Position numbers and translations under genes: made by a program
The notes under the pieces: model-generated
Told to the model about the DNA's origin: nothing
Seen by the model: only the letters and a program-made list of their open reading frames with translations
Database searches by the model: none
Source of the DNA: Amoebidium appalachense
Taxonomy: Eukaryota; Protista; Ichthyosporea
Length of the DNA: 64,000 bases
NCBI GenBank assembly: GCA_963693365.1
Contig: CAVNZM010000004.1
Span: forward strand, 10,320,468-10,384,467
Direction: 5' to 3'
Shown: piece by piece, positions 10,301 to 21,400 of the stretch
How positions within the stretch are numbered: position 1 is the stretch's first letter
Layout of the letters: the number at the start of each line of letters is the position of its first letter

Positions 10301-13014
10301 CGTCAAGAATGCCGGTGCACCAGCAGCCCCCGTGCCCATGCGGGTGGATGGTGATGGTGATGGTGATGGTGATGGTGCCGATGGCCATGGCCATGGCCAC
10401 GATGGCAATGGCCATGGTGATGGCCATGGTGATGGCCATGGTGATGGCCATGATGGTGATGTGCAGCAGGCAGCAGCAGCAGCAGGCACCGGCCGGAAGA
10501 GGAGGCACGGGGGGCAGAGGGGGGACGGCAGCCGCACGACGGTGGTGGAGCTGACGTTCGTGGACACCCTCAACTTCCTCACCATGTCGCTGTCGGACGC
10601 CGGCAAGGCCATGGGGTGCCAGGAGACGAAGGGCCACTTCCCCCACCGTGCAGCCACCTTTGCCAACTTCAAGGCCGGCCACATCCCCTTCCCCGGGCCC
10701 GAGGACTTTGGGGCCCAGGACATGAAGCCCAAGCAGCATGCTGCCTTCATGCAGTGGTGGCGGGAGGAGCAGGCACGGCTGCAGGGGCAGGCACCGGCGG
10801 GCACGTGCTACGACATTGCCCAGCAGTGCGAGGACTACTGTGTCAAGGATGTGGTGCTGCTGCAGCAGGTGGTCAAGGCCTTCATGTCGAAACTCATCGA
10901 GCTGACGGGCATCGACCCCTTCACGTGCGTCACCCTTGCTTCCCTCGCCATGCACTTCTGGATCACGCAGGCCATGCCCAAGGACGTCACGGTGGCCGTG
11001 ATGCGTGACCAGACCATGGGCAACGTGAACAGCAGCAAGAAGGAGCAGGAGTACATCGACTACGTCACCCACGGCCTGGGGGTGGGGCCAGACGACGTTG
11101 CACGGCACGTGGCCACCGGGTACGACCCCCACGGCAGGGCCACGGCCGATGCCAAGACCACCCACGACGACGGCACGTGCACCCACTACTTCTTCCACGG
11201 GTGTGTGTTCCATGGGTGCCCCGACTGCAACAGGCACGAGGATCTGACGATGAGGGTGGTGAAGAGGCCGGCCAGGGAGGCCTACGACAGCACCATGGCC
11301 CACGAGAGGTACATCCGTGCCCAGGGGCACAAGGTGCAGAGCATGTGGGAGTGCAGGTGGGACAGGCTGAGGCAGAGCCCCGAGGTCAAGGCTGCCCTTG
11401 CAGCACAGGCGGCACGGAGGGAGGGCACCGGCAGGGTGGCCCCCGTGCCCACGGGCCCGGTGCAGTTCCGTGATGCCTTCTTTGGTGGCCGTACGGAGGT
11501 CATGTGGCACCCGTCACATCGAGGTCAAGGAGGAGGACTGGCCGGAGGCCGGGCTCAAGTACGTCGACGTCACCTCCCTCTACCCGTACGTGATGATTGA
11601 CAAGTACATGCCGGTGGGCAAGTCACAGTGGTTCACGTCACTGCCCATCAAGACGGAGGACCACCCCACGGCCATCGTCACGGATGCCCAGGTGCTGAAG
11701 GAGAGGCTCGACAAGACGTGCCGTATGACCCCTGGCTCCCCCCAGGCCAGGACCAAGGGGTACTTTGGTGTTGCACGTGTGAGGGTGCTCCCCCCCAAGG
11801 ACCTGTTCATCCCCGTGCTGCCTGTGCGTATGACGGGTGCCCAGGGGTACGACAAGCTGGGCTTTGTGCTGTGCCGGGCCTGCAGCAGCAAGGAGGAGGC
11901 CCGGGCCACCTGCATGGACGAGGACGGCAACCCCAGGGTACGTGAGCACACACTGTGCACACACACGGACGAGGAGAGGGCACTGGTGGGCACGTGGACG
12001 ACGGAGGAGCTGAAGGTGGCCGTGCATGATGGGTACACCATCCTCGACGTGTACGACGTGGTGCACTTCAAGAAACGCACCAAGAGCCTCTTCCGGAAGT
12101 ACGTGCAGACGTTCCTGAAGGTGAAGCTCACCAGCACCACCGTAGATCCGGCCGACATCCCCGCCCTCGTGCACCTGTTCAAGGAACACTACGGCATCAC
12201 GGTGGCCGCCCACGAGTTCGAGCCCAACCCGGCCCTGCGTACCATCAGCAAGCTGTTTCTGAACAGCCTCTGGGGCAAGCTGGTGCAGAGGGCAGGGCTG
12301 GACACCATCGAGTTTGTCGACGACGTCGACAGGCTGAGGCTGCTGGTGACGAACCCCAACCTGCTGGTGCTCGACGTCGAGCCCATCGGTGAGCAGAGGG
12401 TGGCCATCAAGTACCGGCCCAAGAAGGAGACGGCCCCACCCCCCTCCTACGCCAACATTGCCATCGGCACGTTCGTGACGGCCCATGCCCGGCTGCACCT
12501 CTACGGGGCCCTCCGGTCCCTCTCCCCCCAGCAGGTGGTGTACATGGACACCGACTCCATCGTCTACCACTACGACAGCAGGGTGCCCCACCTCAGCCAC
12601 AACATCGACTCCACCAACGGGGACTTGCTGGGCAACTGGAAGAACGAGACGTCGACACCCATCGTCGAGTTTGTGGGGGTGGCCCCCAAGACGTATGCCT
12701 ATCGCACCCAGGACGGCAAGACCGACGTGAAGGTCAAGGGCATCACCCTGTCCCGCCGGGCGGCCGACATGGTGAACCTCCCCAGCCTGCGCATGCTGGT
12801 GCACGGCGAGCTGCCGAGTGTGAGCGTCACCAACCACCGGCTGCTGCGGGAGCCCGTGCCCGGGGTCCCCCACAACTACCACCTGGCCAGCAAGGACCAG
12901 CGCAAGACACAGTCGGGGGCGTTCGACAAGAGGGGGGTGTTCGAGGCGGCCGACGGCAGTGTACGCAGCTACCCCATCGGGTGGGCGGCACCGGAGGGGA
13001 ACCTGCAGTTTTGA
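7352..13014 (+). CDS. polB: Protein-primed family B DNA polymerase (Polinton/adintovirus type), ~1880 aa when joined, about four apparent frameshifts
   Basis: ExoI DFET (9921), ExoII HNGSGFD (10182), FVDTLNF, KGHFPH, ExoIII YCVKDV, DPFTCVTLAS, FFGGRTE, motif A YVDVTSLYP (~11560), motif B KLFLNSLWGK (~12250), motif C YMDTDS (12541), PKTYAY, KVKGITL. Likely start ATG 7352 (MFRESQEEFEDD). Frame changes near 7460-7500, 9645, 9870 and 11510. Confidence 0.95.
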
Positions 13015-13039
13015 GTGGGGGGAGGGGTAGGGGGGCACA

Positions 13040-13046
13040 CAAACAT

Positions 13047-13092
<46 letters not shown>

Positions 13093-13235
13093 CACACATG
13101 CACACATGCACGGACACGAATCCCCCCCTTGCCCTTCCCTCTCCACCGAGCACATGCACACATGCACAGACATGCACATACACACACACACCACACACGA
13201 CGCACACAGACATGCACACACAGACAAACACACAA

Positions 13236-13293
<58 letters not shown>

Positions 13294-13766
13294 CACACAC
13301 ACGGTGCATTTCCCCCCTCCCCTTCCCTCTCCACAGAGCACACACACACACACGTGCACACATGCACACACACGGTGCATCCCCCCTCTCCCCCCCTTCC
13401 CTTTCAACTGAGCACATACACACACACAGACATACATACACACACAACATACACAGACATCCACACATCAGACACAGACACGCATACACACACACACACA
13501 CACACACATGCACATATGCACACACAGACACACACACATGCACATGTACACTCACACATGCACACACGCACACACGCAAACACGCACATACACACACACA
13601 TACAGATATGCACACACACACACAGTCTCTCTCTCTTTCTCTCCCTCCCTCCCTCCCTCCCTCCCCCCTCCCTCCCTCCCTCCCAACCATCCCTCCCTCC
13701 CTCCCTCCGTCCCTCCCTCCCTCCCTCCCTCCCTCCCTCCCTCCCTCCCTCCCTCCCTCCCTCCCT

Positions 13767-13812
<46 letters not shown>

Positions 13813-14060
13813 ACACACATGCACATGCACATGCACATGCACATGCACATGCACACTCACATATGCACTCACACACACACGCAAACACACACACACACAC
13901 ACACACATACAGACATGCACACTCTCTCTCTTTCTCTCTTTCTCTCCCTCCCTCCCCCCCCTCCCTCCCCCCTCCCTCCCTCCCTCCCTCCCAACCCTCC
14001 CTCCCTCCCTCCCTCACACATACACACATACACACACACGTACACACGTACACACGTACA
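13040..14060. repeat. Compound (CA)n/(CCCT)n/(CATGCA)n microsatellite block directly after the polB stop
   Basis: Directly visible. Confidence 0.9.
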
Positions 14061-14718
14061 CATATAACCCTCTCTTCTCTTATGTAGTATCGTAGGAACG
14101 CTGGACAAAGGTACTACACGGGTGTTGGTTGGATGATGACAGTACATGTACCAGTGGGATAGATGCTGTTTACTCCAGGCAATGTACCAGTGTGTCGATT
14201 GATTTAGCTAATATTAGATCTATGTTTAGCTGTGTGTTGTTTTTTCTCCTTTTTGTATTTAAGGCCTGGCCGGCCTCATAAAATGCTATCTAATCTTACT
14301 CGAGATCGAGCTTTTTTGGCCTTGAAGGCCGATCTTAATAAAGTACTGTGAATGTGTCCCCTGATGAGGGACTCTAGTCGATATATCTGCAAAACGACCC
14401 CCCCCCCCCCCCCCCCCCCCCCTTAAACACACACACACACACACGCACACACACACACACAAACACAAAAACAAACAAAAAAGAAAGAAAAAAAGAGCGA
14501 GAGAATCCTTGTTTCTCGTATGTTACCAGCACGTAAGCAAGTATTTTATTCATTCACAATACATTGTTAGGTATGTGTAGTATATTATGGTGTTATTATT
14601 TTTTGGTTTACAATATGGTGTCCACATTCCCAATATATCGTTATTGTCGACCAACTACTATGGTAGTGTAATGCTATGATGACAATTTGTGCATGCGTTA
14701 CTTATAAGCATCTTTCAC

Positions 14719-16560
14719 TAACTACCCACAGAGTAGCTTCTAGCACGATAAATTCACCACAAATTATAAGGGGAGATGGTGAATGTGCCCTTGGAGTACG
14801 AGGGCCACACGAAAAAAACACAACGTTGTAGCTCGAATAGAACCCCCCTTGTAGCATAGTATATGTACATGTGTTACTTACACATTATTGGTTTTTTCAA
14901 TAACTACCCACAGAACAGCTTCTAGCACGAGACATTTACCACACAGTTTATGGGGGGGATGGTGAATGTGCCCCTGGAGTACGAGGGTCACACGAAAAAA
15001 ACACAACGTTGTAGCTCGAATAGAACCCCCCTTGTAGCATAATATATGTACATGTGTTACTTACACATTATTGGTTTTTTCAATAACTACCCACAGAACA
15101 GCCTCTCGCACGAGAAATTTACCACAAAGTTTATGGGGGGGATAGTGAATGTGCCCCTGGAGTACGAGGGTCACACGAAAAAAACACAACGTTGTAGCTC
15201 GAATAGAACCCCCCTTGTAGCATAATATATGTATATGTGTTACCTAGACATTATTGGTTTTTTCAATAACTACCCACAGAACAGCTTCTAGCACGAGACA
15301 TTTACCACACAGTTTATGGGGGGGATGGTGAATGTGCCCCTAGAGTACGAGGGTCACACAAAAAAAACACAACGTTGTAGCTCGAATAGAACCCCCCCTG
15401 TAGCATAATATATGCACATGTGTTACTTACACATTATTGGTTTTTTCGATAACTACCCACAGAACAGCTTCTAGCACGAGACATTTACCACACAGTTTAT
15501 GGGGGGGATGGTGAATTTGCCCCTGGAGTACGAGGGTCACACGAAAAAAACACAACGTTGTAGCTCGTATAGAACCCCCCTTGTAGCATAGTATATGTAC
15601 ATATGTTACCTAGACATTATTGGTTTTTCAATAACTACCCACAGAACAGCCTCTAGCACGAGAGATTTACCAAAAGGTTTATGGGGGGGGTGGTGAATGT
15701 GCCCCTGGAGTACGAGGTTCACACGAAAAAAACACAACGTTGTAGCTCGTATAGAACCCCCCTTGTAGCATAGTATATGTACATAGTATGTTACCTAGAC
15801 ATTATTTTTTTTTCAATAACTACCCACAGAACAGCTTCTAGCACGAGAAATTTACCACAAAGTTTATGGGGGGGATGGATAATGTGCCCCTGGAGTACGA
15901 GGGTCACACGAAAAAAACACAACATTGTAGCTCGAATAGAACCCCCTTGTAGCATAGTATATGTCCATGTGTTACCTAGACATTATTGGTTTTTTCAATA
16001 ACTACCCACAGAACAGCTTCTAGCACGAGACATTTACCACACAGTTTATGGGGGGGATGGTGAATGTACCCCTGGAGTACAAGGGTCACACGAAAAAAAC
16101 ACAACGTTGTAGCTCGTATAGAACCCCCCTTGTAGCATAGTATATGTACATACGTTACCTAGACATTATTGGTTTTTCAATAACTACCCACAGAACAGCC
16201 TCTAGCACGAGAGATTTGCCACAAAGTTTATGGGGGGGATGGTGAATGTGCCCCTGGAGTACGAGGGTCACACAAAAAAAACACAACATTGTAGCTCGAA
16301 TAGAACCCCCCTTGTAGCATAGCATATGTACATGTGTTACCTAGACATTATTCGTTTTTTCAATAACTACCCACAGAACAGCTTCTAGCACGAGAACTTT
16401 ACCACAAAGTTTATGGGGGGGATGGTGAATGTGCCCCTGGAGTACGAGGGTCACACGAAAAAAACACAACGTTGTAGCTCGTATAGAACCCCCTTTGTAC
16501 GCATAGTATATGTACATAGTATGTTACCTAGACATTATTGGTTTTTTCAATAACTACCCA
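14719..16560. repeat. Tandem satellite, 10 units of 182-187 bp
   Basis: TAACTACCCACA recurs at 14719, 14901, 15084, 15267, 15450, 15632, 15817, 15999, 16181, 16364 and 16551, with near-identical sequence in between. Confidence 0.97.
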
Positions 16561-16675
16561 CATGCGGCATGTGTTACTTTCACGTTATTGGTTTCCTAGC
16601 ACGGGATATTCAGCACACAGTTGGGGATGTGGGGGCAGTGTACACCTCAATATTGGTAAGGTGGTGGTGGGTGGG

Positions 16676-16727
<52 letters not shown>

Positions 16728-16843
16728 CCACACAACCGAAACTGTCGGTGTTACAAGTGGTTCGGTCTTAGGAAGTTAGAACGGTGATTTTTTTTATTAA
16801 TAGCGGGAAACAATATTATCCCCATTGCATATGGGGGGAACGA

Positions 16844-16882
<39 letters not shown>

Positions 16883-17214
16883 TCACAACGAATTCTATCG
16901 ACTGTGCATAATTAATGTATATTGCACATGTAGCCTGAAAGATTAAAAGTGAATGTGTGTATGTATATGTGCGAGTATATTTGTGTATGCAATACATGTA
17001 CAATGTTTTCGTCTTTGTAGGTGGGTGGGTGGGGTGGGTGGGGGGGGGGGGGGGGGGGGGGGGGGGGTGCGCGGGGGGGGAAGAGGGAGGGGGGGAGGGG
17101 GCATCATGATCAGGGATAACAGGGTGTGTGCGTGTGTGCGCTTGTGTGTGCCTGTGCTGTGTGTGTTGTGTAGGTGTGCGCCTGTGTGTGTGTGCGTGCC
17201 TGTGTGTGCGCGCC

Positions 17215-17246
<32 letters not shown>

Positions 17247-17272
17247 GTGCATGTGTGAGTGTGTGTGCGTGC

Positions 17273-17322
<50 letters not shown>

Positions 17323-17667
17323 TTTCAAAGAAGTCGAAAGCGCCAGTGACACCCATGTTGAAAAAAAGACAAGCAAGCACGCTAAGAAGGACAGCAAGAA
17401 GTAACAGAAACCCTTTCATGCCGAAAAAATGGTCAAGAACAAAGAAGTGGAGGACACGTAACTATAGTCTGATAGTTGTGACTAAGGGCACTAAGGGTAG
17501 CGCTAAGGGCACCAAGCTGATGCACGCGCGCGCGCGAGCCGAAATCTATTTTTATCTTTTTCCTGATCAGGCGCGGCGAATAGTGATTGGCTAAATCCCA
17601 ATCCGGTTTGCAATTTTTTCTCCATTTAAGCCTGTACGCACGTTGTTTGCTCCATTTCTCTTCCCCC

Positions 17668-17790
17668 TTCCCGCAGGTCCGCAGGTCCTTTCCCGCAGGT
17701 CGCCTGGTCGCAGGTCCCTTCCCGCAGGTCGCCTGGTCGCAGTTCCCTTCCCGCAGGTCGCCTGGTCACAGATCCCCTCCGCAGATCGCG
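17668..17790. repeat. 29-bp tandem repeat (TCCCGCAGGTCGCCTGGTCGCAGGTCCCT), about 3.5 copies
   Basis: Units start at 17691, 17720 and 17749, preceded by a partial copy. Confidence 0.85.
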
Positions 17791-18329
17791 CAGCCACCGT
17801 GCTGATTGTTTTGGACCATGCTGCCCTTTGAAGGTTAGTTTTGTGTTGCCTGCTTTTGTGCATATGGCGTTTGTCTGTCTGGTCTGTGTCCGTCCTGTGT
17901 TTATGTCTGTGTCTGTGTCTGTGTGTGTGTGTGTGTATGTGTGTGTGTGTGCGTGCGTGTGCGTGTGTCTGCTGGCTGCACGTGCACGTTGCCTTTCACG
18001 TTCTTGAACCAGCGACTGTGGGCACTACTTTTGCTGTTAGCACTCTATAGCTATCGTCCCCTCCACCGATCGTTCAAGCTATTTTCTGCTTCTCTAGACT
18101 TCATAAGTTCTGGTCCGGGTTTCCGTCCTTACTATTTTTGAGGTTGGTTCTGTCGACTCTTTTTTTGCCACTCTCAGTCAGCCCCCTCAGTCCCCCCCCC
18201 CCCCCCCCCCCCCCCCCTCCCCCCACTTCTCGCAAGTAGGATGAGCTAATTCTTAGCTCGAGTTCCTTTACAGGTTTTGGCAAGGTTGGCCCATGAAGTC
18301 ATCAGCAGCTATAAGGCTACGTTATCATC

Positions 18330-18670
18330 TAGAGGTGGGTACCGGCTCTTTGTCCTATGGCTGCTGTTGTTTCCGTTTTTCGTTTCATAGGTGGGTACCG
18401 GCTCTTTGTCCTGTTAAGGTAAATAAAGTATGGAGGCAAGACCCTGTGGGTCTGGGGCTCTTTGTCCTATGGCGGCTGTTGTTTCCGTGTTTCGTTTCTG
18501 TGTTGCTCTTATAGCACATGAATGATCATGTGCATGTTTAGCACCCATAGGTGGGTACCGGCTCTTTGTCCTGTTAAGGTAAATAAAGTATGGAGGCAAG
18601 ACCCTGTGGGTCTGGGGCTCTTTGTCCTATGGCTGCTGTTGTTTCCGTGTTTCGTTTCTGTGTTGCTCTT
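18330..18670. repeat. Direct duplication with 160-bp period plus a partial third copy
   Basis: 18386-18510 is nearly identical to 18546-18670; a shorter version occurs at 18330-18385. Confidence 0.85.
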
Positions 18671-18769
18671 GGGGTGGTATATTAGTTGTGTTGTGCAATA
18701 GTGTGCTTGATGCCACTATCCAACCGAAGTTAATAAAGTGACCATACGGAACACGTATGGATGTCGACA

Positions 18770-19727
18770 TGTGCAATACATTGGCAATTCATTGATAATG
18801 ATCATGGGGCTGTGCTTACCGTACCGTGTGCATATTGCCAATATATTGAGCATGTGATTGAGGTATCAATAAAGCTATTATTAATACATTGGCAATGTTC
18901 GTCATACGTATTATTCTTAGATATAAGACGTTACTCCGATATGCCTTTCATATTATAAGTGCACTTATACTGTACTTTGCATGCATTCGTTCCCATTATC
19001 AATTTATTGGCAATGTATTTGGATAATATAGTGTGATATTTATAATATATATGTAATGCATTATCAACACTTATATCTTTATGGTGGTGGTATCATTCGT
19101 ATGTTGGCAATATATGCTTGATATGGAACATACTTACATATTTCTTATTTGTAATGTGTTGGGAGTGTATTAATCATACCTCTGTTTATGTCATCAATAT
19201 ACTCACGATATATAAGCAACCTATCGGCGATACCGCATTTATATATTGATTATAGTTGGATCATATGTTGGCAATACATTGTTTATATGTTTCTTGATAT
19301 TTAAATCTTTGTATTTCTATGAATTACATATTGGCAATACATTAATAATGCGTTCATAGTGCAACTACAATGCGAAAATACAGTATTATCCATATCATTA
19401 TCTGTATTTTTGATATTATTTGGTTGTTATTGTAATATCGCCCGGGTATAATTGATATTGGCAATACGTCTATAATGCTAGCGCAATAGTAATGCAATGG
19501 CAATGTAATGGCACTCTAATGTATTGGCGATATTGATGTAACATATACTGGATAATATATTCATATCAGCGGGATATCGACAATAGAGGGTATTGGTACT
19601 GTATTACCATTGACAATACCAAAGCAATATTATTGCAATATGGCGTTCCTATTGGCGGCAAGGGGTTCTATTGCCAATATCGCCAATAGCGCCAATAGCA
19701 AAAAATACGTTGGCAATACTTCCGGGA
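18770..19727. repeat. AT-rich segment with dispersed TTGGCAATA/TATTGCCAA motifs, probably a non-autonomous transposon arm
   Basis: Many GGCAAT/ATTGCC copies, densest toward the end ...ttggcaatacttccggg, which abuts the truncated methyltransferase. Confidence 0.5.
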
Positions 19728-19746
19728 AGTTTGCTGATGCGACGAC

Positions 19747-20106
19747 GTGTGGTCCACCGAGAAAATAAACTATGTCAACCCTCCCTTCTCTGAGATTCCC
19801 CCATTTTTACGCATGGCCATACGGATGTACATATCCAAGGGTAGAAAGAGCGTGCTGCTCGTGCCTGCACGCACCGTGACGGAGGCACGCTGGTTCCATG
19901 ACCTGGCCTTCAGGTACGCCGCAGAGATACGCATCCTGAGGGGTAGGATCAAGTTTCAGGGGTTCAAGAGGCCATCGCCAGAGGGCGTGTGCCTGCTTTT
20001 GTTCACAGAGCCTCAGCCTGTCGGTGGCCCGCGTGTAGTGTCGTGGATGCCTGAGGCATACCCGCGCAGCTCAAAGGCAGGGGCCGTGTTGGGGCTGGAT
20101 TTCTAG
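19747..20106 (+). pseudogene. Phage-type DNA N6-adenine methyltransferase (Dam-like), N-terminally truncated
   Basis: W...YVNPPFS, SVLLVPART, WFHD...AAEIRILRGRIKF...VCLLLF match the phage Dam family pattern (NPPY/F catalytic motif). There is no upstream SAM-binding part or ATG, and an in-frame stop lies at 19735-19737. Confidence 0.85.
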
Positions 20107-20181
20107 CTTAATTACTAAGATCTACTAGTAGGGTCTAGATCATAAAAATGTGTGTTAGAGTGTATGTAGTGCGTGCACACC

Positions 20182-20448
20182 ATGGCCAACACCTACCAAA
20201 TCGTGCTGAACGACCAGTTTCAGCCCCTCACTGCGCGTACGTCAAACGCCACGCACACAGACTTTAGCTACTATGGCCAGCAGGCGATGGCACAGGCCGT
20301 TGCGGACAAGATATGCCTGCACGGTACCCGCCACCCCTTCTTCCTCAAACCAAGCACCATGGCAGCCTGGTCTGCAGCAGGCCGATTTGCTCGCCCCAGA
20401 CCCACCTTTGCGGCACTCAGGCGTGCACATGGCAGGCCCATGCACTGA
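20182..20448 (+). CDS. Small hypothetical element protein (88 aa) with basic C-terminus
   Basis: CACCATGG start context, GC-rich codons, lies in a run of same-strand element genes. Confidence 0.6.
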   Translation: MANTYQIVLNDQFQPLTARTSNATHTDFSYYGQQAMAQAVADKICLHGTRHPFFLKPSTMAAWSAAGRFARPRPTFAALRRAHGRPMH

Positions 20449-20545
20449 CCGTTAGTGTACGTAGTAGGCCATGGCCAAGCGGGCAATTGGCAACCAAAAA
20501 TAAAAATAATGTGCATGCATAAGTAAACGTGCAAGTCACGTCACC

Positions 20546-21115
20546 ATGGGGGTGTCATCGCAAGGCAGGAGCGGCAACACGCGTGTCATCTACGTGCAGA
20601 ACAGGCCAAACAAGGCCTCAGAGGTAGCCAAGTGGGTGGGGGCCCTGGCGGGCGGTGCTGCCTTGGGGGCAGGGGGGTACTATGCATGGAAGCACAAGGG
20701 GGACATTGCGAGGGGGGTGGGCAACTACATGTACAACAAGGCTGCGGATGCTGCCACCTACACTGCAGGGAAGGCGGGGGAGGCGGGGGGGACGGTGTTC
20801 AAGGGCCTCAAGGGGGTAGCGCGTGCCACAGGCGATGCTGCCATGCAGGGCACGCAGCGTGCAGGGCAGGGCGCGCAGAATGGTGCATTCAGTGCGTGGA
20901 AGACCCTGAGGAATGGCACGAGGGATGCGGGCAACTACCTGCTGCACAACACCCAGGATGCGTTGGGATATGGTCCTTATAACTTGAATGCTGCAGGCAC
21001 ACGCACGGGAAACAGCTACGAGTGGAGAGGGGGTGGAGGGGGCGGTGCGCAGGTGCTTGTCGGCGGTAAGCCCTACGTCTGGTCGCCAAACGTATCGGGA
21101 CGCGGCATCCTCTAA
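20546..21115 (+). CDS. Hypothetical Gly/Ala-rich element protein (189 aa) with a hydrophobic segment
   Basis: CACCATGG start, N-terminal MG, hydrophobic WVGALAGGAALGAGGYYAW segment, coding-like codon use. Confidence 0.75.
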   Translation: MGVSSQGRSGNTRVIYVQNRPNKASEVAKWVGALAGGAALGAGGYYAWKHKGDIARGVGNYMYNKAADAATYTAGKAGEAGGTVFKGLKGVARATGDAAMQGTQRAGQGAQNGAFSAWKTLRNGTRDAGNYLLHNTQDALGYGPYNLNAAGTRTGNSYEWRGGGGGGAQVLVGGKPYVWSPNVSGRGIL

Positions 21116-21400
21116 TGGAACCTTCCGTTCATGGTAAGTGTGCAGGGAAAAACCGTTGGCGGGCGGTGCGAGCGGCCAATCAAATTTTGTAGAATTTGTT
21201 GACTTGCATTCCATTGGCGACTCCCCTGCGCTCCTATTGGACGCCTAGGGCAACAGGAGTCACCGAATTTTGGAGCACGGTAGCGTGTGTGCACCGGAGG
21301 GCACAAAAGCCACCTGCAAACGTTCCTTCTTCAAACACTTTTTCTTATATTCTAAGCCACTCTAGCCTGGTCTTTTTGCAAGCAGCGAACTTTGGAAACC

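Noticed and set aside
11500-11525. Programmed ribosomal frameshift in polB
   Set aside because: No slippery heptamer is present. One extra C in CACCCGT explains the shift, and similar slips occur in the host HDAC gene.
7340-13464. Long minus-strand ORFs overlapping polB (for example 10035-11510, 11638-13464)
   Set aside because: Antisense shadows of a high-GC3 gene with no recognisable motifs.
14344-14397. Hammerhead ribozyme-like CTGATGAG-GGAC-TCTA-GTC-GATATATC before a C-run
   Set aside because: The GAAA core is incomplete and no stem I partner is evident; at best a degenerate PLE remnant.
14719-16560. CRISPR-like array
   Set aside because: Whole units are repeated with no unique spacers, and no cas genes are present.
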